From: a virus
Lineage: Duplodnaviria; Caudoviricetes
IMG/VR virus record: IMGVR_UViG_3300042879_003989
Location: 1-56,847 of that record
Reading direction: 5' to 3' (one strand)
DNA length: 56,847 bases
The notes under the pieces were generated by a model, which had not been told where the DNA came from, did not search any database, and was given only the letters and a program-made list of their open reading frames with translations. The translations under genes were made by a program, and so were the position numbers. Each line of letters starts with the position of its first letter. Position 1 is the stretch's first letter. Below are positions 44,930-54,900 of the stretch, piece by piece.

Positions 44930-45394
44930 TTACATGAACTGGGCCTCGGCCTGGCGACGGCGCACGAGCCCGGGCAGCACCTGCCCGCCCCCGCGCACCC
45001 ACTTGGCGAGCTCTTCCTTGGCGCTGTCCCAGTCGCCCGCATCGACGCGCCGGCGCAGCGTGCTCGCGCGGTAGCGCGCAACACCCAGGTTGTAGGCGAA
45101 GTCGGTGAGCGCCCCCAGCGCCCGCGGCTTGGCCAGCAGGGCCGGTGAGGCCTTCAACACGCCCGGCAGGTAGGTGGCCCTCAACTCGTGCAGCAGCCAG
45201 GCCTCCGCGGTCGCCTGGTCAATCGGCGGGTGCTCCATCGTCACCCGCGTGCCGTCGGGCTTCCACACCGTGCCGTAGCCGATGGTCGGGTAGCCGGCCG
45301 GGCAGATGTAGGGGCGCAGCCGCAGGCCCTCGAAGGGCCGGCACAGCGCCGCGGCGATGTCGACCGCCTCACTGACGGGCGCGCTCGTAGACAC
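44930..45394 (-). CDS. Endolysin, GH24 lysozyme
   Basis: FEG....PY.CPAG.PTIGYG, F.YNLG, STL, GL.RRR..E. Confidence 0.92.
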   Translation of the reverse strand: MSTSAPVSEAVDIAAALCRPFEGLRLRPYICPAGYPTIGYGTVWKPDGTRVTMEHPPIDQATAEAWLLHELRATYLPGVLKASPALLAKPRALGALTDFAYNLGVARYRASTLRRRVDAGDWDSAKEELAKWVRGGGQVLPGLVRRRQAEAQFM

Positions 45395-45839
45395 GGCCGA
45401 CGAACCAGAAGGACAGGATCATGTTGAACACGGCCAGGTCGTCCTTGCCCCACATGCTGACGAGCACCTGCTGCCAGTTGCCGCCCTGCTCAATCGCGAT
45501 CAGGTAAGAGGCCAACTTCACGCCGGCGTAGAGCGCCAGGAACAGGTAGGTGACGGTCGGGCGCACCAGCGCCGAGATCGCCGCCACGAACGAGCCGGCA
45601 GCTTGGGCGGTGGCCGACTGCTCGCGGATCGCTGCACCCATCGCGTCGAGCTCGGCCGTCTGCAGTTGCACGTCGGCCTGGCGCATCGCGATCTCGCCCT
45701 TGACTTGGGCGAACGCCATCTCGGCCTGCAGCAGGCTGAGCTCGTGCGCACGCTCGGCCTTGCGGTCGATCAGCTTGAACACCTCGGGCGCCAGGCGCAG
45801 CAGGCCCCCGAACACGCCACCGAGCAGCGTCTCGACCAT
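45369..45839 (-). CDS. Holin-like membrane protein
   Basis: Coiled coil, VRP.VTY, TM helices, FWF..R. Confidence 0.7.
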   Translation of the reverse strand: MVETLLGGVFGGLLRLAPEVFKLIDRKAERAHELSLLQAEMAFAQVKGEIAMRQADVQLQTAELDAMGAAIREQSATAQAAGSFVAAISALVRPTVTYLFLALYAGVKLASYLIAIEQGGNWQQVLVSMWGKDDLAVFNMILSFWFVGRVYERARQ

Positions 45840-45840
45840 G

Positions 45841-46044
45841 TCACTTCCCCCAGTGGCTGGCGATCCACGACACCAGCCCGCCCAGCATGCTGGCGATCGT
45901 CATGCCGACCCAGATGCCGCCCTTGCTCTGGTTGGCCATCTCCAGCAACGTGCGCACGTCCTGCTGCAGGCTCGTCACCTGGGCACGCAGCGAATGCACC
46001 TCGGCCTCCAGGCGGCCGAATTCGCGTGGGTCTATCTCGGTCAT
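45841..46044 (-). CDS. Small coiled-coil plus TM protein (holin-like)
   Basis: FG.L.A.V..L...LL..AN.SKGG plus TM helix. Confidence 0.65.
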   Translation of the reverse strand: MTEIDPREFGRLEAEVHSLRAQVTSLQQDVRTLLEMANQSKGGIWVGMTIASMLGGLVSWIASHWGK

Positions 46045-46313
46045 GCGGTCATCCCTTCAGCAGCTCGCGCTTCGCGCTCCATTGGGTGGTCGTGGTAGCC
46101 ATGACGCAGCAGGCCCCACACGTAGGCGGCGTAGAACTTGACCGCGCCCAGGCGCTGGTACTGCCGCCAGTGCGCCTGCTCGTGGCGGATCAGGCGCTGG
46201 CTGTGCAGGTGCTCGGCCAGGATGAAGATGCCCCACGGCGCGAGGCAGATGCCCGCGTAGCCGGTCGTGCGCAGGAACCAGCGGATGAGGTGGGGTGCGG
46301 GGCGGGGGGTCAT
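46041..46313 (-). CDS. Small HExxH metallopeptidase-like protein
   Basis: HEQAH..QY, GY...P.E.EA. Confidence 0.7.
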   Translation of the reverse strand: MTPRPAPHLIRWFLRTTGYAGICLAPWGIFILAEHLHSQRLIRHEQAHWRQYQRLGAVKFYAAYVWGLLRHGYHDHPMEREARAAEGMTA

Positions 46314-46315
46314 GG

Positions 46316-48868
46316 TCAGGCAGGAGCGATAGTCGTTATCGTCCCGCTGCTCCCCCTAAATTTGAGAGCGCCAGCTTCCACATAGAGCTGGCCTATTCCG
46401 GCGGGAGATGATGTTGGTGCGGTTCCATTTGCAATCGCCAGCACCCCCACCGCAGACGTTCCAGCGGCTTGAGTTCTGAAACCAAAGTTCCCGCTTGCCA
46501 ATGCTCGGAAAGTTTCGCTGCCGCCCGGAGACAGAATGATGTGCTGCCCGCCGTAGAGCGTTGCGATTTCAAATCCTGCAGCGTTGCTGGTTACCAGAAT
46601 ACCGCCGTTGCTGTTCGTTACGTCCTGCACCCGTACATTGCCCGGGACCGTTATCGGCCCTCCCATGTTTGTTGCTGTTGTTCCGTTAATCCCAAAATTG
46701 CAGAATACGACTGGAGTTGTACCCAGCGATCCGCTAAGTGGTGTAGCGGCCCTTGCAAAGTCGTTGAACCTTAGCCGCATGTTTGAGACGGTGCCCGCGC
46801 TTCCGTTGAACAGCAGTCCCGTAGTGCCACCATCGACAACATTTGACTCGATAACAGCGCGATCAAGCGTGCATCCAGAAAATGCGTCAAACACGATTCC
46901 CACCGTGCAACTAGCTAGTAGATTGCGCGTTACCTGGGCATCTTGCATGGTACTGGCAGTAGGCCCAGTACGAAGCGCAATCCCCGTCGATGCCTGCAAC
47001 ACCGTATTGTTGTCGGCCACCGCTTGGCTACCGCTGCCCTCTAACAATATCCCGCGAGTGCCAACCGCCAAAGTTAGGAAGCGAATAAGGTTGTTTTGCA
47101 CCCTCGCGTTACGGTAGGAACTGCTCTCATCTACGGTTATGCCGCCGGTAGCGTTTTCGATCAGATTGCCAAATATCAGGACATCATCTGTCTGCCCGCG
47201 AATACCCGTGCCACGCACGCCAAGCACGCCGATGTTTCGCACCTGATTACTGAAAACCGAAACGCTGAACCCTTGCGGTGATGAAGTGACAGCGCGTGTC
47301 GTGCCCTTGATGTTGATACCGACGTTATCCGCGTTGTTGGACGCAACGACGTTGTTTACATAGTTCCCGTACACCTCAGCGTAGCGCGTCTTGGTGTAAA
47401 TGCCCCATGCCTCGCCAGTGCCGCTTTGCGTCACACCGTCGATGTTGTTGTTGGCAATTACCACCTCTCGCCCATATACCAACATTGCGGCGACAGGTGT
47501 GGTGCCTGACGCACTCAGAGTCTTGATCCTGTTACCAACAATCCAGCCCTTCTGCCACGTATCCTGATCAACGTATGTGTTTTCGCCGATTCGGATGGCA
47601 TACCCGCCGGTGCAAGATTCGATGTCGTTATTTTCGATTCGGTACTGTTCGATTGGTCGCTCAATCGAAAAAACAAGGCTTGTGCAACCGGTGCAACGAT
47701 TACCGGAAAAAACTACGTCAGTGAAAGACCCAGTTTGTGCGGCGGCTCTAGTTACAACTGATGCCCATGTTGAAAACGTGGCGCCTTGAATATCAAAATT
47801 GGCTCCAGGCGACAGAAAATTAACCGTTGAGGCCGGACCTCGCAGCGTAGCGCTTCCTTCCATGCGAAGGACGCCGCTGTTGGTGAAGGTTGACCACGTT
47901 GCAAGGTAGTACGTTGCTCCGTCGCGCAATTCAAGTGTTTGCCCGGTAGACACCGCAGCGTTCATGGCAGATGTCAACGCCTGCGAGTCGTCGGCCACGT
48001 TGTCGCCAACTGCCCCAAAATCTTCCGGCGAAACCACATCGCGCATCTTCGCCTGCGCCGTGCGCGTGACTGCGCCGGTGCCGGCTTGCATGAAGCTGAT
48101 GTCGTTGGAGTCGCTCGGGGTGCTGCCGAGGGCTTGGCCGTAGCGCACCAGGATGGTGGCGCCCAGCGGCGGCGCGCTGGTAAACACGACGGCGGTGCCG
48201 ACCAGGTTGTAGTCGGTGCCCGGCACCTGGACGACGCCGGCGATGGACACGTCGAGGTTGCCGACGGTGACCGGGTCGTGGGGCAGCGTGAACGAGACGG
48301 TGGTGCCGGTGCCCACGAACGTCTGGTAGCGCATCGCGCCGTAGGCGACCGCGGTGGCCAGGCCGGTCAGGGGGATGTTCTCCAGCGCCGTGCCGGCGCC
48401 GTTCCAGCCCAGCACCGAGGCGCCCTCGGGTGCAGGCAACACGGGGTTGGCGGTCGAGCTGACCGGCAGCGACAAGGCACGGTCCAGGCGCTCCTCGAGC
48501 TGCTGGATCTGGATGACCGTGCGGTCGAACGTGTCCTCGATCACGCGGGCGTTGAACGCGCCGCCGCCCAGCAGGTCGGTGGTCTGCTCGTAGTCGAGGT
48601 CGCCGACGATCGTGAGCTTCTCGCCCGAGGCCAGCGCACTGCCGCTGATCGGGTACGTGATCGAGCCGCCCGGGCTCGTGTCCTGGTCACCGTTGAGCGT
48701 GACGCTGTAGTCGCTGTCCTTGACCAGCACCGTCTCGATGCCGACGCTGCTGGTGCGGGTGACCAGCAGGTCCCCGGCCGCGAACGTCTTGAAGCTGAAG
48801 CTGAACGTCGTCGTCGAGCCGTTGCCGAGGAAGGGGCCGGCGCGGCGCGCGGTCGAGGGTACGGTCAT
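46316..48868 (-). CDS. Tail fibre/tailspike (prophage 2)
   Basis: Anchor highly similar to 2876..5668; unrelated low-GC beta-helix body. Confidence 0.9.
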   Translation of the reverse strand: MTVPSTARRAGPFLGNGSTTTFSFSFKTFAAGDLLVTRTSSVGIETVLVKDSDYSVTLNGDQDTSPGGSITYPISGSALASGEKLTIVGDLDYEQTTDLLGGGAFNARVIEDTFDRTVIQIQQLEERLDRALSLPVSSTANPVLPAPEGASVLGWNGAGTALENIPLTGLATAVAYGAMRYQTFVGTGTTVSFTLPHDPVTVGNLDVSIAGVVQVPGTDYNLVGTAVVFTSAPPLGATILVRYGQALGSTPSDSNDISFMQAGTGAVTRTAQAKMRDVVSPEDFGAVGDNVADDSQALTSAMNAAVSTGQTLELRDGATYYLATWSTFTNSGVLRMEGSATLRGPASTVNFLSPGANFDIQGATFSTWASVVTRAAAQTGSFTDVVFSGNRCTGCTSLVFSIERPIEQYRIENNDIESCTGGYAIRIGENTYVDQDTWQKGWIVGNRIKTLSASGTTPVAAMLVYGREVVIANNNIDGVTQSGTGEAWGIYTKTRYAEVYGNYVNNVVASNNADNVGINIKGTTRAVTSSPQGFSVSVFSNQVRNIGVLGVRGTGIRGQTDDVLIFGNLIENATGGITVDESSSYRNARVQNNLIRFLTLAVGTRGILLEGSGSQAVADNNTVLQASTGIALRTGPTASTMQDAQVTRNLLASCTVGIVFDAFSGCTLDRAVIESNVVDGGTTGLLFNGSAGTVSNMRLRFNDFARAATPLSGSLGTTPVVFCNFGINGTTATNMGGPITVPGNVRVQDVTNSNGGILVTSNAAGFEIATLYGGQHIILSPGGSETFRALASGNFGFRTQAAGTSAVGVLAIANGTAPTSSPAGIGQLYVEAGALKFRGSSGTITTIAPA

Positions 48869-48893
48869 GGGTGCAACTCCAGATTCTCAGGCG

Positions 48894-48926
48894 ATGGTAT
48901 GCGCCCGTGTCCGCTGCACGGACACG
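48894..48926 (-). promoter_or_regulatory. Late-type promoter (CGTGTCCGT-N18-TACCAT), prophage 2
   Basis: Same motif and spacing as in prophage 1. Confidence 0.8.
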
Positions 48927-48927
48927 A

Positions 48928-51900
48928 TCAGCGCTGCTTCGACTCGGGGCTGGCGGTGCCGGTGATCAGGCCGCGCGCGAGGTCGGCCGGGCCTTCGGGC
49001 TCGATCTTGCCCTGGGCCACGCCCGCGGCGTAGCCGATCGGCCTGGCCAGGCCGTACACCGGCACGCCGGTGGCCACGCTCACCAGGGTGGCGACGTCGC
49101 GGATGGCTTTCTGCGCGCTGCCGTCCTCGACGATCGCCTTGTAGACCGACTGCGGCGCGCCGACGCTGGACTCCAGCAGGCTCACCGCAGGCGACAACGA
49201 CACGCGGTCGTCGAGCGGGTTGTCGTTGAAGCGCTGCACGGCGGCCACGCCGAACTGGCCCGCGATCGGGATCTGCGCCAGCAGGCCCTTCGCCGTGCCC
49301 ATGCCGAACACCTCGGCCAGCCAGTCGTCGAGGTAACCGTCGTCGTCCTCATCCTCGGGCCCGCCACGGAACGCGAGCGCGATCGCCTCGGCGATCCAGA
49401 TCGGCGCCATGAAGCCCATCATCACGACGTACAGCGCCTTGCCCGCGCCCTTCCTCAACCCAACCTCGCCCGCGAGCTGCTTGAGCGCGGTGCCGTTGGT
49501 GTTGGCCATCATGTTGAAGTAGCCCACGAACTGCGTGAACGCGCGGGCGTAGGCCGGGCCGGTCTCAAACCGGCTCACATCCTCGGGCAGCGTCGAGCCT
49601 TGGGTCTGGCGCACCGTCGAGTCGGCGAAGCGCACCGCGTCGGTGTCGCTCATGCCGTCGGCCAGCGCCTGGTTGTAGGCGCCCGTCCAGACGATCGGCG
49701 AGAGCACGTTGTCGAGCGCAGTCTGCAGGAAGTAGGCGTGTCGGCTCGACCAGTCCTTGACCTTCTCGTAGGTGCTCGGGTTGAGCAGGATGGCCTCCAT
49801 TTGCTCGTTGAGCACCGACACCTCGTTCTTGGCCCGGTCGTCCATGTAGGGCGAGGCGCCCCACACGGCCTGGCTGAACTGGCGCGGGTTGGCCACGTAC
49901 TGCGCCAGCGAGCGCATCAGGAAGCTGGGCTTCACGCGCACCGCGGCCGTCGACAGGCCGGTGATCTGCTGCACGGCGTTGCTGACGTTGGCGAACATGA
50001 GCGCCATGCCTGCGCGTGCGCGGATGATGCCTGGCAGGCGGGCCCACTTGCCCGAGCCTACGATCGGCGTCTCGACGATCTGCTGCGCCGAGCGCTGCAG
50101 CCAGGGCTGCAGCATCGACTCCAGCGCTGCCGGCTGGATGCGGTCCAGCGGCTGGCTGACCTGCTTGCGCGTGAGCAGCTTGCGCACGTCGCGCGCGGGG
50201 TTGGTCATGAGCGAGAACAGCAGCACCTTGTCCAGGTGCTGCGACAGCGAGCGCAGGTCCAGCATCAGCGGCCGGTTGTACTCGGTGCGGGCCATCGTGA
50301 AGCCCTTGGCCGGCTGCGGGAACGCGAAGGCCATCGAGTTGTTCTCTTCCTCGGCCAGCTTGCGCAGCGCGTTGTCCTTGACCAGGCGCCCGTCGACCTG
50401 GGCCGGCACGTAGCCGCCGCGGCGCATCACGCCAAAGGGGTCGATGAACTCGTTGGCGGTGACCTCGCTGAAGTAGCGGCCGAAGGCGTCGCGGTGCGCC
50501 TTCTGCGCCAGGGGCTTGGTCTCCTCCAGCAGGTCCCACACGCCCTGGACAAAGTCGTAGTGCCCCTGGGCGAGCTTGCCCTCGGCCACCAGGCGGTTGA
50601 TGAACGCATCCCACTGCGTGGTGTCGAGCGTGCCGTCGGGCAGCTCGGCGGCCCAGCCGCGGCCGAGCAGCAGCTTGCGCTTATTCGAGTCGTTGCCGGT
50701 GTGCGCGATCGCGTGCAGGATCTCGTTCATCGCCGTGCCCGCTGTCGAGCCCGGCGTGCCGAAGGTGTATCCGAGCTCGGGCGCCTCGATCACGGCGTCG
50801 GCGGCGATCGGCGGGATCTGCTCGACCAGCGCCTGGAACTTCTTGCGGTACTCGATGCGCTCCTTGCGGTAGCGGTCGGCCGCGTCCTTGATCGGCTGGA
50901 ACACCAGCCGCAGGAACGGCCCGCCGTACTTGCCGTCCATGCCCTCGGCCCACTGCTCGACGCGGCGCAGGAACGCGATGCCTTGCTTCAGGAAGAGCCC
51001 GCGCTCCTCGGCCCGGGTGACGGCCATGCCCTCGCCCGGCACGCGGTCGGGGATGCCGATCTGCTCCATGCGCGCGAAGAGCTCGCCGGCCGCGTCGTCG
51101 ATGTCCAGCAGGTTGCCGTCCACCTCCATCTGCCGCGAGCGCTTGGCCAGGAACCACATCGCACGCACGGCCTCGTTCAGGCCCTGCAGCTCCTCGAACG
51201 TCAGCGCCTCCAGCGGCTGGGCGTTCTGCGTGGCCGCGGCGATCATCGGCTCCAGCGCCGACCAGGTGTCGGGGTCGTTCTGCTTGACGCGCTCCAGGTA
51301 GGCGGCAGCGCCCTTGCTGGCCGGCGTCTCGACGCCGTACATCGCGAGCACCGCACGCGCGGCGTTGACGATGTCGGGGTCCCTGCCCTTCTCGACCGTC
51401 TTCTCGTCGTTGCCCTTGGTGACCCGGGCGAAGAACTCCAGCACCTTCTTCGCCTCGGCCGCCGCGTCCAGCGCCGCCTTGGCTGCGGCGTTGTTGAGCA
51501 CCTGGTCCTGCTTGGCCTTGACCGCGGCGGCCGTGTCGCCGGTCATCGTTGCCTCTTGCCAGCGCTTGCCGGCGCGGCGCTCGGCGGCGGTGTGCTTCCA
51601 GGCGGTGGCGCGCAGGTCCTTGAGCGAGGTGCGCGCGATCACGTTGGCGCCGAACTGCTTGGCCGCCTCGACCAGCACGCTGACCGTGACACGCGCGCCG
51701 CGGGCGTTGACCTGGCCGGTGTCGGCGCGCCCGCCCAGCATCTCCTGCTGCGTGCGCAGCTCGGTGGCCAGGGACCGGGCCCGGGCCTCGTTGTGCACGG
51801 CCTCGTTGGCCGCCTCGGTGATGGCCCGCTCGTCGATCAGGTCGCCGTGCTCCTCCAGCATGCGGCGCTCGGTCGCGCCGTCGATCGACTCGGCGCGGTC

Positions 51901-54900
51901 ACCGAAGGCCTCGATCGCGCGGTACATCGCCTCGACGCTCGGGTAGCCGAAGCTGTCGGCAATCGCCGCGATGTTCATGTCGGCCGCCATCGGGTCGGCC
52001 TCGAACTCTTTCTCGGCCTTCTCGATCGCAGCCTTGGCCAGCACCTCGGGGCGCTGGTTGATCTCGGCCGTGACCTCGGCGCGGATGGTCTTCTCGATCT
52101 CGCGCGCCTCGCGCTTGAGCTTGGCGATGACCTTGTCGCGCGCCTTCACGGCCCACTTCAGGTCGGCGATCGAGCGCTTCTGCAGGCGCTCGGCCGCCTC
52201 GCCGTCGGCCTGCTCGTCGGGCACGAGGCCCGCCACCTCGTTGGCCTGGGCGATCTGCTCGTCGGTGGCGAGCATGCGGTCCATCACGCGGCGGATGTCG
52301 TCGTTGAGGCCCATCCGGGGGCCGGCAGGCTGGTCGCCTTGGCCCAGCACCTCGCCGCTGATGGCGCTGACGATCTGCTTGGGGTCGAAAACAACCCACT
52401 CCCCATCGGCTTTGGCGTGCACGCTGTCGTAGCCCATGCCACGCAGCTTTGCGATTACTTCGTCGTCGGACAGTTTGCCGCTTGGGTCCACGAAGTTGAA
52501 AAGCTGCTCGCTGGCGTCGTTTACGCTGTCGATCACCAACGGGTTGCGAACGGTCAGGTAGACCGGCAAGATCTTGTTTGCCCCACCCTCTTGGCCTCGT
52601 CGCGTTGTGACGTCTGCGTACCCCTCGGCCACCTTGGGGTTATCGGTGAAATAGACACCGGGACCCATAGCCCCGATGCGACTTGGCTTGAACTTCGCAA
52701 AGTCACCGCGCGTGCCGTGGTACAGCACGAGTGGCCGGCCGTTCTCGTCTGTCAACACGCCCTCGGGCGCAGCCGCCTGCCCCAGCGTCTGCCCGCCCGC
52801 AGGCGCGACACCGCGCGCCGCAAGGAACTGCTTGATCGACTGGTAGACGCTGACCAGCCAGGCCCGGAAGCGGCGCATGACCGGCGCGAGCTCGACGCTG
52901 GGGGCCTTGCCCTCCATGACGTACTGCTCGATGCTCTCGGCCCAGCGCTCGTGGTACGGGCGCTTCTGGTCGAGCGTCATCGCGTTCCAGGTCGCGAGGT
53001 CCTGCACGCCGAACCAGGCCAGCACCTTGGCCATGTCGTCGGCGATCTGCTGCGGGGCGCCCGGCTGGCTGGCGACGTCGGCCAGCACTTCGAGGAAGAA
53101 GTGCCCGGTCTCGTGGAAGAACGTTGAGAGGTCCGCGTTGGGGTTGAGGACCAGCTCCAGGGTCTGCGGGTTGAACGTCCCGCGGGGGCCCTGTTCTAAG
53201 ACTTGCGGGGCGGCAAGCCCGGCGGCTGCAGGCTCGGGGCGCTGCGCATCCCCGCCGAGTACGTCTCCACCGGGTTGTCCGCCAGCGGTTTCTCGTACCT
53301 GGCGATCTGCGCCCTCAAGCCCTGCACGAACGGGTTGTCCGGTCCACTGCGGGCCTCGGACTCCGCCAGCGCCTCCTTCAGCAGTTCCAGTTGCGAGGGC
53401 ATCGATCTTCTCCTGATACTCGGCGCTGAACGCCACCTGCGTGTCGTACCAGAACTGACCGGCAAACGACACGCCTTCCACCGAGGCAGACACCCGCTCG
53501 GCCAGCGCCCGCAGCTCGGACGCTTTGGCCTTGATTTTATCAGCAAGTGCTACATCGTCCAAACCGCCAAAATCGTCCATGCCGTAGCGCTGTTCGAACT
53601 CGGGCACGTACTGCAGGCGCACGCCGACGGCGGCCGGCATCTCGCCGGCCATCGTGTTGGCGAGACGTCGGCCGTCGACGATCACGGTCAGAAACTCGAC
53701 GCCCTCCTGGGCCAGGTCGGCCAGCACCTTCTCCAGCTTCTCTGCGTCCGCAGCGCTGCGGAAGTAAATCTCGACGCCCGGCCGGTGGCGCTGGTAATCG
53801 ACGTCCTCGTTGACGCGCAGCACCCTCGACAGGAACGTGCTGTCCTGGCGCGCGGCCTGCGCCTGGCGCAGCATCTCCAGCCACAGGACGTTGGCGTCGT
53901 AGCCCTCGCGCGCCACGACCTCCAGGTCGAGCGAGCGCTCGATGCCGCCGTAGCGGCCCTGCGTCGACAGGGCCTTTGCGCCGAGCACGGTGCTGCCGTC
54001 GTCGGGTGCGTAGACCGCTAGGCGGATCGCTTCGGCCAGGCGCGCCATATCGGCGTCGGTGGGCACGAAGTCGACGCCCTGGGTGTCCTTCGACATCTGG
54101 ATCGACAGGCCCCCGACGAAGCGGTCGACCTCGCGCTCCAGCGCGGCGAGCTCAGCCTTGGCCGCGACCTTGCGGGCGTTGAACGCCTCCAGGCGGGCCT
54201 TGGCGCGCTCGACGTTGCCGATCAGGCGCGTGGCCTCGACGGGTGGGCGCACGATCCGGCCGAGCTCGATCATGCGCTTCTTGGTGCCCTTGACCTCGCC
54301 GCTTTGCAGCTTGCGCAGCTCCGCGATCTCGGCCTCGTGCGCGCGCTCGTGATCCTCGATCATCTTGAGCGCGGCGGTCGTGTCCTGCCCGGCGGTGACC
54401 AGGTCAGAGGTCGGCGGCGACGAGTCGATGATGCTGCGCAGCTCCTTGACGCGCGCCTGCTGCGAGGTGCCGGTCAGGTTGGCTTCAAGCTCGAACGAGC
54501 CGCCTTCGCCCGCTGCGCTGGTCCAGTCGTTGACCGTCCAGACTTCCTTCTCGATGAACCACACGACGGCCTGCAGGTCGTCGTCGTTGGTCTTGGCCAG
54601 CACCGGATCGGTGTTGAGCTCGGGGTCGTTGCGGATGTCGCGCGCCGCCTTGGCGAAGACATCCTGCCCGAAGCCGAACTGCAGCGTCGTGGTGGCGTCC
54701 TCGCGCATCTCGCCCGACACGCCGGTCTCGGCGACCGAGGGGATGCGCCGGCGCCCGGCCAGGCGCTGCAGCATGCGCGCGGCCCACACGTCGATCGTGG
54801 CGCGCTGGCGGAACCCGATCAGGTTGCCGCTGAAGTTCAGCGCCTTGGGCGCAGTGCCGCCGCGGCCGATGTCCGGGTCGGCGTTCTTGACCACGCGCCA

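Noticed and set aside
48871-53127. Long plus-strand ORFs (1418 aa here; also 11267..14020, 7496..9619 and others)
   Set aside because: Antisense shadows of high-GC genes, with no recognisable motifs
53403-53546. Longer 116-aa version of nested gene 2
   Set aside because: The upstream start lies inside the predicted promoter and lacks an SD; the extension looks like off-frame sequence
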